From positions 99,450,001 to 99,514,000 of the forward strand of contig NC_045697.1 in assembly GCF_009834535.1 (NCBI RefSeq): a DNA stretch of 64,000 bases, given 5' to 3'. The DNA comes from Camelus ferus. Its lineage: Eukaryota. Below, one piece after another: positions 62,613 through 64,000 of the stretch (position 1 is its first letter; every line of letters starts with the position of its first letter). The translations under genes and the position numbers were made by a program. Under the pieces are notes generated by a model. It made no database searches. It saw only the letters and a program-made list of their open reading frames with translations, and had not been told where the DNA came from.

Positions 62613-64000
62613 CTGGGAAAAAAGAGGGACTCAAACCTCTCACGTTGTGCACAACTGGTTCCCTAGCCCCCAAGCAAAGCTTCTTGACCATACAGTGTCT
62701 CCTTGCCTTTTCTGAAGCCACTACATTATCACATTAGCTCAAGGGAGAAGCAGAAAGGCAGTTAATTATGGGGACAGAGAGAGCAGCACAACATCCAGAA
62801 AGCAGTTTTTTTCTTTTAATAGTCCACTTTCCTCTTATTAATAAAAAGTAAAAACTCTGATTTCTTCAGAATCACCTAGAGCTTTTAACGGAAATCTTTT
62901 CTTCAACTAGGCTAGCTTTTCTCTAGCTGATCCTATAAACACTGCTGGCAATTTTTCCCCCAATGCCTCTAACATATTTTCACTTAGCACCAGTTTGATG
63001 TATAAGATCTGACAGCCCGGCAGTTATAGGCCACCTGCATCACTGTCGCCATGACAACAGTGAAAGACAATCCATGATCCCATGCCCTGGTCACACGTTT
63101 CAATACAGCTTATCTGTCCAAAGCCACTGAGTCTAATGGAAGAGAGTAATTACCATCTTCCACTCATTGTCAAAATTCCCACCATATAATGCTCTTCAAA
63201 ATTATTATATTCCTCTCACATGGCTGCTTTGCAAAAACTAAAAGAAACCTTAAGTGGAAAGGGTGGGGCGGGAGAAAGAGGAGGCTGTGACTGGTGTAAA
63301 CGTAGCTGACTGTGTGTGAACTGTCCCTCTGCCGTGGAAGAAGGCACCAGCCAGCAAGAGGAATACACAAACGTGGAGTTCACTGAGTATCACCTGAAGA
63401 GTTTTTAAAATATGAGCAAGGAAATTAGTAAAATTTCCCAATTCTAGCCTATTCTAAAGGCATCTCATTACTACCACTGCAAACCTTGCACAGGTATCAC
63501 GACTCCCCTACCACAGAATGTGGCAGTCACGGTGACACAGAACAGTATGACAGCTCACAAGAGTGGCGCCAAGGAAGAAGCAGAGGTCTTCAGAATGGAC
63601 ACTTCTCCCACAGTCACCTGTCCCAGTACTCTTCACCCCCTCTCCTTCACACTCTAAGCATAACAAATGAATACTCGACTGTCCAATTTTTAGATTTTGC
63701 ACTGCACCTTCTCAGTGGTGAGTACAACACTGTGTTTGAGAAAAGTCTCAATCTTCCAGTATGAAAAAGTGCAGTAAACACTTTTGTGGAAAAGTCCTGT
63801 GAGAAAAGCACTGACAGGAAAGAGTAATTCAATTTAAAGACAAAGTTAAAAGTCACATGGACTTTAAAAGCAAACTACCAAGAGCAAAAAATGGATGAAA
63901 GGACACAGGGAAAGATAATCCTCAGGTGCAGGTGCTCAACTTCTGGTGAGACTGCTCCACCCTTCCTTAACTTAAGTCATCTTCACCGAAATAAAGTCAT

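Noticed and set aside
1..64000. CRISPR arrays, operons or other prokaryotic or viral systems
   Set aside because: No regularly spaced repeat-spacer arrays or dense coding; the sequence is clearly mammalian and repeat-rich

Overview
Mammalian genomic DNA, most likely from a camelid. The evidence is a tRNA-derived SINE at 18362-18451 that matches my recollection of the camelid SINE, plus artiodactyl-type L1 3' ends. I recognise no protein-coding gene, and the listed ORFs look spurious (they lie in repeats or low-complexity sequence, or have no recognisable domain). The window is rich in old repeats (MIR, L2, L3/CR1, MLT1 MaLR LTRs, MER5/MER58, truncated L1) and microsatellites. The non-repeat structure is best explained as the 5' part of one large minus-strand transcription unit. 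It has several candidate alternative promoters or first exons (~49.2k, ~48.3k, ~30.8k, ~24.9k, ~11.4k) and several short, mostly non-coding candidate exons (62580-62612, 37027-37079, 21677-21756, 16752-16841, 7041-7204, 2740-2813). I could not name the gene. The exon and promoter calls are inferences from splice-site and motif patterns only. The most notable local structure is a 25-bp, wobble-rich hairpin at 10508-10565 that pairs almost fully only on the minus strand. Repeat boundaries are approximate unless target-site duplications (TSDs) are given. There are no CRISPR arrays, rRNA or true tRNA genes, and I found no convincing novel biological system.
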